From Mobula hypostoma (lineage: Eukaryota): a DNA stretch of 64,000 bases. The notes below the pieces were generated by a model. It saw only the letters and a list, made by a program, of their open reading frames with translations, did not search any database and had not been told where the DNA came from. Position 1 is the first letter of the stretch; the number at the start of each line of letters is the position of its first letter. A program made the translations under genes and the position numbers. The stretch lies in assembly GCF_963921235.1 (NCBI RefSeq), contig NC_086097.1, forward strand, positions 171,804,001-171,868,000, in the 5' to 3' direction. Below, piece by piece: positions 38,738 through 53,528 of the stretch.

Positions 38738-39212
38738 TGCTGGAGGAACTCAGCGGGTCAGGCAGAATCCATGGGAATGAACAAATAATCAACATTTCAA
38801 GCCAAGACCCTTCTTCAGCACTGGAAAGGAAGGGGAAAGACACCAGAATAAAAAGGTGGGGGGAGAGGAAGGAGGATCGCTAGAAGGTGCAGCCAGACGG
38901 GTGGGAAAGGTAAAGAGCTGGAGAGGAAGGAATCTGATAGGAGAGGAGATTGGCCAATAGGAGAAAGGGCACCAGCGGAGGTGACAGACAGGTGAGAAAA
39001 TATAAGAGGTGAGAGTGGGGAATAGAAGAAAAAGGGAGGGGGAGGAATTTTTTTATTGGAAGGAGAGATAAATATTCATGCCATTAGGTTAGAGGATACC
39101 CAGTCAGAATATAAGCGTTGCTCTTCCATCCTGAGGGTGGCCTCATCGTGGCACAAGAGGAGGCCATGGACTGACATGTTGGAACAGAAATGGGAATTGG
39201 AATTAAAATGTT
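38738..39212 (-). mobile_element. Penelope-like element 3' end with degenerate hammerhead
   Basis: Minus-strand HFNSNSH..NMSVHGLLLCHDEATLRMEEQ, the PLE GIY-YIG C-terminus, then a pyrimidine-rich tract and CUGAAGA-AGGG...GAAAUGUU at ~38788-38823. Confidence 0.75.
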
Positions 39213-39589
39213 ATCCATTTACTGTTTTTGCACAAGTTCTTGACTCTGGTCAAATAAATGCAATAGCTGACCTAACACTTGTTCTCCCCAGAGTGAATTT
39301 AAAGCAGCGAAGTAAGGTATCAGAGTCTTACAGCCTGTAAAGAAGCCATTCAGCCCATCGAGTCAATGTCGACCATTAAGCACCCATTAATTCTACACCA
39401 GTCACATTTTATTTTCCTCCCATTCTGAGCAGTTGCCCTCAGATTATACTACTCAACCACACACAGTAGTGACTAACCTAATGACCCACATGCCTTTGGG
39501 ATGTGGGACAGTCATCGAAAGGGAAGGATATAACACTGAGACCATTGTGTCTATCAAGCACCTTTTGTTTGTACTTTATTCTTACCCTC

Positions 39590-39850
39590 ACCCATGTTTT
39601 TCTCCCCCAGTCCCATCAGTTTGACCCCAGGTTCTACAACTTGTCTATGGTTTAGGAGCAATTTACACCAGTCAGCCATCCAACATACCAGCACATCTTT
39701 GTGACGTGTGAGGAAAGTGGAGCATCGAGAGGAAGCCCATGTGGTCACAGGCAGAACATGCAAACTCCACACAAATAGCAGTGGAAATCAGGACCAAGCT
39801 AGAGTGAAGGGAACCATGAGGCAGTGGCTCTACTGGTTGAGACATTGTGG
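39590..39850 (-). mobile_element. V-SINE (HE1-like), decayed
   Basis: Antisense V-domain (GTGGAGTTTGCATGTTCT...ATGGGCTTCCTCTCGATGCTCCACTTTCCTCAC). Confidence 0.7.
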
Positions 39851-40254
39851 CTTCAGAGGGCAGCTAAGAATCCACCACATTGTTGTGTGTCGGGAATCAC
39901 ATGCAGGCCAGACCAGGTGAGGTTTGTGGATCTCCTCCCTGCAAGAGTCTGTCCGTCCAACAAATGACATTGCTTTGTCCTGGCCACCATTTAGATCTTG
40001 CCATGTTTGGATTCAAACTCAAATCCCCATAAGTTTGCCCAGGATTATTAATGCAGTGATACAACCATTATGCCATTGCCTCCTCAATATTAATTCATCA
40101 TTTAGTTGTGTTCATCCGCTTCCCAGGGCTGGTGACCTTATCCATTCAAAAGGGGTGATTGCTCAGATATCAGCCCAGGTAGGCACTGGTGGATGGATGT
40201 GAGTCACATCACACTCTCTGTCCAGTGGTTCACTGGTCTATCAACGATAAAGTT

Positions 40255-41180
40255 AAAGTGCAGTTAAGTCAAAGTCAAAGTATGTATACTTTATACAACC
40301 TTGAGTTTCGTCTTCTCAAAGTTAATGAAACCCAATAAACCCAGAAACCAAGGAAACTCAATAGAACCCAAAACAAAAGGAGATCGTCAAACACCCAACA
40401 TGCAGAGAGGAAAAACAAGCCATACAAACAATAAAAGTAAGCAACTGATATTCAGAACTGAAGTTCACAAAAGTGAGTCCACACTGTGATAGTTGCAGGC
40501 CATAGACACGGTTCAGTGCAGAGATGAGTACACCTCAAGGAGCAGCGAGCTAAAGTTCAGTGCAAAGTTGAGTAAAACGCACAGAACAGCAATTTGAACT
40601 GGCCCATCCCTTACCTCTGTCTCCGGTACCCTGTATTTTTCAATCTAGTGCGAAGCTTAAATTGTCCTGACCTTGCTCCCAGACCCTATCGTTTCAATAC
40701 ACTCTTGGGCTGGTGCCCTGCTATCTCGATTCAGCCCATACCCAACTTTTCCAATTCAGCTCAGCACATAAATCGATCCAGCCTCGGATTTTCTTTGCTC
40801 TTGGGTGTGGGTCCGGACCCCACCGCTTGACTCTGCATCACCTCGCTCTCCTCCCCTCGGTTCTGCTGAATCAAATTGCCTCCAAATCCACACCAACCAA
40901 ACATCGGGTCATTCCCGCTCTACCACCTTGATTCAGCCCATACACACCATACCCCATACATCCTGCACCTTTGAGACTTCAGTTCCCACTGCAAACATGC
41001 CAGGTCATACAGGCAGTTCAAAAGCTCAATTCCGACAGGGAAGTTACCGTCTATCATTTGCAGTGATCGTTTAGCAGAAGAAGTGTAATTAATGATGTTT
41101 TTATGTAGCTATTTTCTTTCTTTTATTTGCCACTAGCAAGCAATCACTGAGCACCACCAGCACCATCCTAAATCAGTGGT
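40255..41180 (-). mobile_element. Non-autonomous LINE-tailed element
   Basis: (GACTTT)n-like tail at 40255-40280 and an AGGATGGTGC head near 41170 on the minus strand; no ORF. Confidence 0.45.
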
Positions 41181-41754
41181 GAGATGTGCTAGCATCTCCG
41201 ACCTTCAGCACACAGCCCCGCTCTGCACTCCTCTGAAGTGTGAAGAGCTAACACCTTGCTAATTCAAGGATTTGCCCAGGTATTTCTTCAATGCTGTAGG
41301 AATACCTCCTTTTACAAACTTCCTCAGGCAATGTGGTCCTGATCCAAGCCATCTGCTGGTTAAAAAATTACTACCTCAGATCCCCACCACACTACCAATC
41401 CCTTCCTTTAAATCTTTGCCCTCTTGTTTTAAATGCCTGCACTATGGATTAAGGTTTCTTACTACCTGTGCAATCCATGTCCCTTGTAAGTATGTACGCA
41501 TCTATCAGTTCCTCTGTTAGCCGCCGAGTAAAACAAGCCCAGTCTTTCCAGTCTCTGCTCATTTCCTTTCTCCTTCAGATGATCTTAATTCTTTAGAATT
41601 TCTCAGAGGGCTGTGGAAGAAAACACTGAACATTTCTAAAAGGCAGGTAGATTCCTAATAAAAAACTGGGGGTGATGTGATGGTGATGGGTTTGCTGTCC
41701 ATGAAGTTCTGAACGCAAACAAAGATTATAAGCCCTATTTGATATAGATAGTTA

Positions 41755-42640
41755 CAAGTGCCCTCACTAAAGAGAAACTTTACACCAGCCAACCCCTCTT
41801 CAAAGGCTAGATCACTTCCCTAGTTATCCTCCACAGCGAGTTCAGCTACCAATATCCACTATTTGAGCAATGGGTCCTCTCTCACTACAAGGGAAGAAAT
41901 CCTTTCTGCTAACAAAGTAGCTTAAACACAGTTCATTTATTTTTCATAATGCATGTTTAAATTTAGATAAAATTAAAAATTTAAACATACACAGTTCATT
42001 TAAAACTCACAGAGAACTTCTATCTTATAAGAGACTTGCAGTTTACAAACATTTTCTAAACACAAAGGATTTCCAAACAAAGTACAATTCCTATAAGCTT
42101 GTAACATGGGAGAGCAGGTTCGAGGGTCCAATGAATGAAACAGGAGACACAAATTTAAAAATGGGTGTGTGAGGTATTGATTTAACAAAATCAGGCATCT
42201 AGCTAAACAAGTATTCGACTCAGCTACCCAAAACCACTACACCGTACATTCAGTTACCCTTTAAACGAATAGATACTCTGCTAAACTCCCCTGATTTATA
42301 AAACCCAAGAAGTAACATGCTACAAACAGATACTTAACTAAACAAACCGCAAAGGGCCCATCTATGTCTTCAATGCTCTGTCTCAGCGGTTCTTCAGGAC
42401 TGGTCACAAATTCAGCCTGAAGTCGGGCCCCCTGGGTGGCAGGAAAGAAAGAGAGTGAACCCTCTGTAGGTGCCATATTTATACACCCAGGGTCCCCGAA
42501 TCTGGAGGTGGGCTCTATTGTGCCCAAAAGCCAACCAATGGGTAAAGAGCATCACAAACTTTAAATGAAGCAGTCTGCACAATGGAAGCAGCGTTCAAAC
42601 GGAATAAACTACGATGCCAGAGCACAAAGCTCAAAAGACA
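41755..42640 (-). mobile_element. Possible solo LTR
   Basis: CCAAT element (~42536), minus-strand TATAAAT (~42477-42483) and AATAAA (~41937) in LTR order; termini not resolved. Confidence 0.35.
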
Positions 42641-42953
42641 AAAAACAAGTTGCAGAAAAATAGGTCATCCATCACCGAAGTCAAAGGCAGAGGAATGGAT
42701 TCTAGTCACCCCATCTTTCTGTCTTTCTTGCTGTCATCCCTTAAACATTCCTGACAAGCCTGACTGCTCTACAATATATATACTGTTATTTTTTTGCTAC
42801 TTGGTGTCTTTGCACACTTGTGATATTTTTCAGATACCTTTGCTGTAAAATTCATACAGATGGTCTAAAAATGTCTGGGAACAAAGATCCTAGACATCTA
42901 AAATTAATGTTGTGAGGCCGATTGTCTGAGTAAACAAATCTCCCAACTATTGG

Positions 42954-44343
42954 TAGGTTGACCACCACAAATCCGGAATGATTGGGACCTGTAGACCGCT
43001 GGATTCGTGATTTTACAGAATCACTAGGTTTAAATAAATAAACACCTCACCCTACCTTTAAGGTACCCTGTAAATAGTGCAAGTTGGGTAATGAAGGAAA
43101 AATGAACTACAAATGAAAATCAAGTGAAATTTATTGAAGTACAGTACAGGCAAAATACCTTACAATGTATCTGTATTTACTTACATCAGAAGATTGGCTA
43201 TTGCCAGTTCCAAAGTAAAGAGTTGGATTGTACAACTAAACAAAATGACATGTCTGAAAGTGGGGGTCACCAGGATTGTCTTGTGTTTCATCTTAGATGA
43301 TTGGATCTCCATGACCTGATAAAGTTGTCACAGCACTTTCAAGAACTGATGTCAGTTACAATCCATCCTTTTTTGTTGGCGCAGTAAATTACTGGAAACC
43401 ACTTCGTACCTTTGAAAGCCCTGGGACATAATCTTTTGTCAATGACTAACGACTTACATCTGTGGGCTCTTGTAGCATTAGAGCAGCCCAACACAGTGAT
43501 ACGATCTTTTGATGCTTTACAACCTGTTGATGATTCTGCATCATCTGGTGACAGTGTGGGTCTTCGAGTACAAGGCCAACTTAAGGCAGATTTGTCCGCA
43601 TTGTAGACATGCTCAAGATTTAAATTTTCATCAGAAAATGACTTAGCAAACTCATCAACAAACACAGCAGCTGCTTCCTTGTCTATTGATCATTTTTCAC
43701 CACACACTGCATGAAATTTTATGCCATGTTACTGCTTAAAATGCTGAAGCCACCCTTCACTGTAATCACACTCACAATCCTTCATTAAATAATTTCACTT
43801 GCTCCTTCACCATCGCTTTTGACAGTTCTACACCTTTGCAGATGCAGAGTTTAAAACATTTTATGAGAACTTTATCTAGTTGTGAACATCTTCCATCTTT
43901 TATTGTTTTCCTTATGCTCATCTGTTTTCTGATTCGCTGTCAGAAAAGAACTGAAGTAACTTAATTTGTTTCTTTATATCATAAACTGTTATACAGGTCA
44001 CATATTATTTTCATGGACACACCACTGTTGAGTATTTGCAGAACTTCCACCTTATCTTGTTTTAATAACGTATTGTGTTTGCGCTTTACACCACAAGAAA
44101 CACTTGCTTTATTCACTGAAGACATGAGTGGGGCTAGATAAGCACAGGCTATAAAAATAAATGCAGAGTAACACAGGGGAATGACTTGCTTCTTTTAAAG
44201 ACCATACCAACAGCCGATTCTGCTAATGGTGGCGATAGATTGGTGCGGTGACACAGGAAATTTGGAATTAGGCTGGTGAAAATGATGTCCAAACCAGTGG
44301 TGGAATCAGATTACTGATTGCCAGATTTGATGTGGTTGACCTG
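42954..44343 (-). mobile_element. Tigger/pogo (CENP-B/Jerky-like) DNA transposon, decayed
   Basis: ORF 43339-43665 (VYNADKSAL.W, SKDRITVLGCSNA, PRAFKG, PVIY.ANKKGW). Imperfect TIRs of CAGGTC.ACCAC..CAAATC.GG type at both ends. Confidence 0.85.
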
Positions 44344-46401
44344 TACTAAGTGATAGTATCATTTTGATCTGCAAACTTCCTTGAGCTAAATAACTTAGCC
44401 AGTGTTATCTGGTTTGATGCAAGCTGATTAACACAACCCCGTTGTCTTACACTTAGTAGCCAGCCCCATCCTGTGGGCCAGCAGCCTGTTTGAAAAGCTG
44501 TCCTTTTAACTTGAGACAGGTTATTGCTAGCAATTTGCTTTAGGACCTGAAGACTGGTTCTTGTTTATGACAAGAAGCTGAGCAAGGAATGTTGGTTGGG
44601 AGTTTAACTTACTCAAAAACAACTCCTTAAATCCTGGAAGAGCCAGTTGCTGTGTTAGAAAGCTGAGTTTGGCAAAAAGCCCCCTGGTCGCTGGACAATG
44701 AATATCCATCACAGTGAAAGATTGCTAGAATCAGAATCAAATTGGAATCTGATTTATTATCACTGACTTAGGTTATCTGAAATATTTTGTGGAGACAGTA
44801 CGGTTAAACAACATCTATAAATTACAAAACAATGTATTAAGTATTGCAAAAGAAAAGGAATAATGAGGTAGTGCTCATGGGTTCATAGACAAATATAGAT
44901 CTTATAGTGGAAGGGATAAAGCTGTTTTTGAACCATTGTATGTAGGCATCAGCCTCCTGTACTTCCTCCTTGCTGGTAGGAATGAGAAGTGGGAATGTCC
45001 TGGGTGGTGAGGGTCTTTAATGATGGATGCTGCTTTCTTGAGACACCACTTCTTGAAGATATCATCGATGGTAAAACTAATCCGTATCTCTTGTTTGCTT
45101 TAATATCCAGAAATATATTGATCTCTGTTTTGAAAATAGTCAGTAGCAAAGCCTTCACAACTCCCTTGGCAACTCGTAAATTGGTATATTATTATCACAT
45201 GTTCTGAAGTGCAGTAAAAAATCTTTGTTTTGCATGCCATCCATACAGATCATTCCAAAGCATAAATACATTGTGGGGGTGCAAAGGGAAAAGCAATAAC
45301 AGTATGCAGAATATAGAGTTACAGTCACTGTTAGAGAGACAGTGCAGTGCTGGTAGACTATAAAGTATAAAAGCCACAATGAGGTCAATTGGGAGATCAA
45401 GAGCTCATCTTTATTGTAAAAGAGATTCATTCAATAGCCTTAAAACAGTGGGATGGAATCTGGCCATACGTGATTTCAGGCTTTTGTATGCCAGATGGGA
45501 GAGGGGAGAAGAGAGAATGTCCGGGTTGGGAGGTATTTCTGAATACGTTGGCTGCTTTTGCTGTGAAGGGAGTGGAGGATGAGGAATTCAAAATTTATGG
45601 ACAAAAACTGGGGATGTGTGCTGTTTATTCAAAGGTCTGAGACAGATGCAATGGACCAGATGGTCTGTGTGATGTAAGGTTTTATGGAGCAGAAATCTGA
45701 GGTCTGATATGCATTAAGTATGCTTCAAAGATTTCTTCTGAAACTTGGCTACTACTTAAACGTCGATCACATATTATGGCCGTGGGAGAATGCCAATTGT
45801 GAGACCGCCATCAGAGGTGTTCTGGAGAATATGGGCAAGTTCATCCTGAACTGAATGCACTGAAGGGTGCTATTATTTGTGGTACTTTGACTCGTAGAGT
45901 CATATGGCACGGAAATTGGCCTTACAGCCCAATAAGCCCAAGCCATCAAGGACTTGTTTGCACTAATCCCATATTAGCCCTATTTGATCCTCTGCACATT
46001 CCCATTGATCCTGCCCACACGAGGGGCAGCTCACAAAGGGAAAGACATCCCTGTCTTTGGACTATGGGAAGAAATCGTATCACCCACACGGTCACAGGCA
46101 GAACATGCAAACTCCACACTGACAGCCTCTCTATGTGGTATCAGAAAAGAAAACCAAAATGTGTTGTTTATAGTCTGAGAATAAAATCATCGTGCTTCTA
46201 TCTCATTATGAATTATCCCTTTCATCTCACTGCAAGATTTTGAAGCTTATTTAAAACCAGCAGAATTGCTATCAGAGAATGGTTTCAGCACAGGAAAGGC
46301 AATTTGATCTACTGATCCTGTACTAGTTCAATGTAAGCTTGACCAAAGCCCCAAACTCAGCAAACTCTTTCCTTTCTGATACACACCCAGTTTGTTATTG
46401 A

Positions 46402-46557
46402 GCAACGCACACAAAAAGCTGGAGGAACTCAGCAGGAAAAGAGTCTCGGTTCGAAACGTGGACTGTTTACTTTTTTCCGTAGATGCAGCCTGGCCTGCTG
46501 AGTTCCTCCAGCTTTTTGTGTGTGTTGCTTGGATTTCCAGCATCTGCAGGTTTTCTC
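46402..46557. repeat. Penelope-derived palindrome, internally deleted
   Basis: GCAACGCACACAAAAAGCTGGAGGAACTCAGCAGG is the inverted repeat of CCTGCTGAGTTCCTCCAGCTTTTTGTGTGTGTTGC; retains CGAAACGT of the hammerhead. Confidence 0.75.
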
Positions 46558-48124
46558 CAGTTTGCTTTGGAAACTGTGTCTACTGCTTACAGGGTGGTAC
46601 AATTCAAATTCTCCCTATTCATAATTTTTTATAAATCTGTTTCCTCACACCACTTTGGATTCTTTTCCCATTCATTCTGCATCCTTTTGCAAAACAGTAA
46701 CAGTTTCTCTCTCTCTAATCGTAGAACACAGAACAGTACAGCATAGGATCAGGTCCTTTGGCCCAAGATGTTAATTAAGCCAATGACGCCTAATTAAACT
46801 AATCCCTTCAGCCTGCACATTGTCCATTTCTCTTCATTCTCTGCATATTCATGTACCCGTCTAAGAGCCTCTTTGTCACATCTGTTTCCACATCCACCCT
46901 GTGTAAAATCTTGACCTGCACATCCCTGTATTTTTCCCTCTCACCTTACTTACATGACCTCTGTTATTAGACAACTGTTATTCAATAAAAACTTCTCTAT
47001 TACATCTCTTTGCTAAATCCTTTGATCCTTGGGGAACAACCACATTTTCTCTACTAGTTTATCTGTAGAACTGAAATCCCTCATCTATGGAACCATTTTG
47101 GATCCTTGACAAAATCTTACTGACAGTATCAAGAAATGGACACAATATTCAGGGTTGTGTTAGAACCAAGGCTCCTCAAGAATTCTTTGTTCATGTAGTT
47201 CGTGGACTGTGAGCTTGGGCCCTTTTGCATTCAATGTAGAACAGAGAAGGTTGCCAAAAATTCTTAGAGGCTCATCATGACTTCATTACTCTTGCATTTT
47301 AGTGGTTGCCAGGAAATGAAGCTTGGGCAATTTCTCTGTGTAAGGGTTACAGAACTATTGGATATGAGGACCAGTGGGACTGTTGATGACGTTATATCAA
47401 GGTTTATGGGATTAGGTCAGGAAAGTGACACTGAGATAAAAGATCAGACACCAGTCCCTTCCCTTCCTCAGGAGGCTCAGGAAATTCAGCATGTCCATGA
47501 TGACTCTCACCAACTTGCACTGATGCACCAGAGAAAACATCCTATCCAGATGTATCGCTACTTGGTATGCCTGACACTGCAAGAAACTGTGGAGATTAGT
47601 GAACACATTCCAGTCCATCACACAAACCAGACTCTCCTCCATTGACTCCATCTAAACTTCCCACTGATTGAGGAAATAAGCCAGTGTAATCAAGAACCCC
47701 TCCCACACCAGTCTTCTCCCTTCTCCCCTCTTCCTTCAAACAGAAGATATGAATATTGAGACTATGTACCCACCAAGTCAAGGACAGTTTCTAACCCATG
47801 TCATCAGGCCTTTGAACAGACTTCTCATGTACTAAAGATGAAATCCTGGTTTCCTAATCTACCCTTCATGGTCCTAGCACCTCATTTGTCTCCCTGCACT
47901 GCACTCTTTCTGTTGCTGTAACATTATATCCTGCTTTCTGTTTTGCTTTTATAACACTGATGCACGTATATATGAAATGATCTGTCTAGGTGGCAATGTC
48001 AACAAAAACTTTTCACTGTATCTTGATATTATTGCAATAATAAACCAATAACATGACCAATACCCTTCAGAATGGTGGAGCAATAAAGAGGATCTGAATA
48101 GCCTTCTTACATTTCTATTTCTTA

Positions 48125-48825
48125 GGAAAACCCCTTTTACTGGGCATCCCTAGAAATGCGGCTCACTAGCCCCGGCTAACAGCCTCTGAATTCTGCAGCA
48201 AGAATCTTCCTTTCTCAGGCTTTGTACATCTAGGGTGTATATGACATTGGTCCTGCCAAATCCGTAGGGTTGAGATGTCCCTCCCACACAAACCCCGGTT
48301 TGTGTGAATGCTGTGTGATTTACATGCCAGTCAGCATGAAATAACAGATCACAAACTGCATACAATATAAAGTATATTTTTGAGCGTTAACTTAACCAAA
48401 CAGTGAGTAAAGAAAAGAAAGTAAAAAACAATAGGGGCCCATTATAATTAAACAGTCAAATGTGCACAGTTTGGAGCTCAAATCTTCCAAAAGCCACATT
48501 CACAGATCTTTAGTAGACCTCCCAGCGGGTCTCCATTGAATCATATTTTCCCACCAGATCGAATCCTATGACCGGTTCTCTCCAGCGTTTTCGCTCTTCA
48601 TCTCCTGCCAAGCAAAGAGCAAGACCCTCACCACACCTCTCCCCCCAGCGCTCTCTGGAACTTTCTCCTAGTTCCACTATCCTAATTGGACGACACACAT
48701 TCCTAAGCATCCCTTATCTTCAGTGGTAACCCAAACAGGCTGAAAGTTGAACCGACTGCTCTTACAGAACTGCTAAAATGAAATACCTGCAGCAAAGCAG
48801 TAAAAATGGGAACCAGGGTGTTACA
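48125..48825 (-). mobile_element. Probable solo LTR
   Basis: Ends TGTTACA at ~48825, interrupts a CR1-type tail, is non-coding; left end uncertain. Confidence 0.45.
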
Positions 48826-49569
48826 TTTATGTTCTTGTGATCTATTTAATGGTGGTTTCCCTTATATGAAATGTGTTCTTGCTGTAGGTCTGGTTACAGG
48901 AGCTGCTTTAAGACAGCTGGAAGTAGAAACCAAAATAGACCACTCGACTCCTCATGCCTGCTCCATTATTCAATAAGACAATCTTTCACCTCGGTGCTGA
49001 TAACCTCATATTCCTTGATCTCCTTAATCAATTCATTAAAAATTCCAACCATCTGCAACATGCCATCTTCCAAAACCAGTCTGAAGAACAGAAACAACAT
49101 CCATCCTGCTGTTATCAGACAATTGCACAGTCCCCCGGAACAATAAAACAGATCCTGACACTCCCCAACTTTGTCATGTCCTTGCACCTTATTGCCTGCC
49201 TGTACTGCACGTTCTCTGTAAATGTCACACATTATTTTGCATTCTGCTATTGTTTTCTCCTGTATACCTCAATGTACCGATGTAATGAAATGATCTGTCT
49301 GGATGGCATGTCAAACAAAGTCTTTCACCATATCTCGCTGCATAAGACAATAATAAATCAATTTACCTGTTTGCCATTGGACAGGACGTACAGAAGCCTG
49401 AAGTCCCATACCATCAGAACTGTTACCTCCCTCAACTATTCAGTTCTTGAACTAACTGGCACAAACCACTACCTCAGTAAAGCAACACTATGACCACTTT
49501 AAACTGACCACTTCTCACTTCAACTAACTTTATAAAAATTCTAATTGTATTTTTTCTTGTTGAAATGTT

Positions 49570-51100
49570 GAGAACCTCTCGCTTTGGCAGTCTGAGGTGC
49601 CCACCTGCTTCAAGTAGGCTTCAATTATTCCAATGCCTTAGAAGAACACGGCTTCAATGACTCAGTACCGGTGATGTCCACTGTGATGAAGTGCTTTGAG
49701 AGGCTGGTGATGAAACATATGAAATCCTGCCTGGGAAGTGACTTGGATCCGCTCCAATTTTCCTGCCGTCGCAACACGTTCACTGCAGATGTCATTTCCT
49801 TGTCCCTTCACTCAACCCTGGAACATTTGGACTGCAAAGTTGCATACATCAGGATGCTTTTCATCAACTATGGCTCAGCATTCAATACTATCATACACCC
49901 TCTAAATTAATCAATAATCTTCAAGTCCTTGTCTCTAATACCTCGTTGTGCAATTGGATCCTCGACTTCCACACTTGCAGACACCAGTCAGTTTGGATTT
50001 GCACAGCCTCTATCAGCACAAGTGCACCACAAGGCTGTGTCCCTAGGTGCTTAGCTCCCTGCTCTACTCGCCTTACACTCATGGCTAAGAGGCGAAGCAC
50101 AGTTCCAATGCCATATTCAAGTCTGCTGACAACACCACCGTCTCTGGCCGAATCAAAGGTGGTAATGAATCAGCATATAGGATGGACATTGTAAATTCTA
50201 TAGCTATGTGATGGAGAATATATTGACTGCCCGCATCACAACTTGGTATGGAAACAGCAATGCTCTTGAATGAGAACTCCTACAAAAGGTAGTCCACCGT
50301 GGGTAAGGCCCTCCCTACCGTTAAGAACATCCACACGGAGAACTGTGCCGGAAAATAGCATCCATCATCAATGACCTCCATCTCATCTCGCGGCTGCCAA
50401 CAGGGAGAAGGTACAGGAGCCTCAGGAACCACACCACCAGGTTCAGGAACAGTTACTACCCCTCAGCAATCAGGCTGTTGAACCAGAGGGGTAAATTCAC
50501 TCAACTTTACTTACCCCATCATTGAACTGTTCGCACAACCTATGGACTCAACTTCAAGGACTCTTCCTATCAGGTTCTAGATATCTGTTGCTTCTTTATT
50601 TATTATTAATTATTATAATTATTACTTTTTCTTTTGTATTTGTTGCCTTTTGAATATTGGTTGTTTGCCCATCCTGTTGGATGAGGTCTTTCATTGATTC
50701 TATTGTGTTTCTTGAATTTACTGTGAATGCCTACAAGAAAGCCAATCTCGGGCCGGCTGGTGGCGCAATGACATCAGCGCCAGACTCTGGAACGGAGGTT
50801 CCTGGGTTCGAACCCAGTCGGGGCCGCTCCCGAGTACGCTTTCCATCCATGCCGGGTTGAGTGTCGAGATCACAACTCGACCTCGTAAAGTAAAAAAGGA
50901 AAAATACTGCGAAATGTCTGCGTGAGGAGTGGTGCGTCACACAGTCTCTCTCTCTCTCTCGCTCCGTGCCTTGTAAAGGTATAAAAAAGACATTGTCCTG
51001 TCAACATCGCACACACACGCATGCACACGCCAAAAAAAAGTGCATCTCAGGGTTGCATATGGTGACATATATGTACTTTGATAATAAATTTATTTTGAAC
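49570..51100 (+). mobile_element. Rex-Babar/L2-type LINE remnant, interrupted by a SINE
   Basis: MKCFERLVM, LDPLQF, RMLFINY.SAFNTII, CNWILDF and APQGCV. Confidence 0.8.
50750..51039 (+). mobile_element. tRNA-derived SINE with poly(A) tail
   Basis: A-box TGGCGCAATGA at 50761-50771 and B-box GGTTCGAACCC at 50805-50815. A8 tail. Imperfect TSD (AAAGCCAATCTC / AAAGTGCATCTC). Confidence 0.85.
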
Positions 51101-51920
51101 CTTGCTTTGGAATTTGCATACTGTTTGTTTATGTTTTTCTTTTGAATGCTGTGTCTCTAATGCTACATACCCATGATGTTGATGCAAGTAGGTTTTTCAT
51201 TGCACCTGTGCATATATGTACTTTGACATTCATATCTGCAAAAATACTTTGAACACTGTTCCAGGAGCTGTTGCATTACCCTGAAACAAAGGATCTTTTA
51301 TTGACAGCACTGTGGCAGTTGGAAGAGCCTCTATCTCAGAACTCCAGAGTCACGGGATAGATGCTATCTGTGTAGAGTTTGCATGCCTTGTTTTCGCAAG
51401 GTGCTCCAGTTTCCTCCGATATCCAAAAATATGCAGCATGGTAGATAAATTGACTGCTGTAAATTTCCCCTGGTGTGTAGGTGAGCAGAGGGATCCAGGG
51501 GGAGAGGGGGAGTTGCTGGGAATCTAGAGAGAATGAAATGGGTCGGGCTGGGGTCAGTGTAAATGGGTGATTGATGGTCAGAATGCACTCAGTGTCCAAA
51601 GGGCCTGTTCCCATTCTGTGTCTCCCTATGACTTGCTAACTGTTCGAACTTCCATAAAAAGAAGAAAATCTGCAAAAGCTGCTGATTGTGTGGGGCTAAT
51701 AGCACTGCTGAAATCTGATTTTACTTTTCTCTGTAGGAGTGGTTGCTTAGTTAGCAGAGAGCAGCGGGTGAGGGCTCTGCATTCAGTGATGCTGCACCTC
51801 CCTCTAGTGGTTGTTTGTAACACAGCAGCAAAGATACAGAAGCTGAGGTGCAGGGATCAGGAACAGAAAACTCAGCTCACCCGAGGTTTTTTCACAGAAC
51901 TTCAATTCATCAGACACATA

Positions 51921-53526
<1,606 letters not shown>

Positions 53527-53528
53527 TA

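Noticed and set aside
43339..43665. Domesticated TIGD/Jerky gene
   Set aside because: Frameshifts and stops, altered DE motif, and retained TIRs indicate a dead transposon.
48954..49493. 179-aa ORF
   Set aside because: Reads through adjacent LINE 3' UTR fragments; low-complexity composition.
50750..50825. tRNA gene
   Set aside because: The cloverleaf is not convincing, and it continues into a SINE body with A-tail and TSD.
51737..51767. 31-nt exon candidate (good acceptor, GTGAGG donor)
   Set aside because: Not a multiple of three, stops in two frames, and no recognisable peptide.
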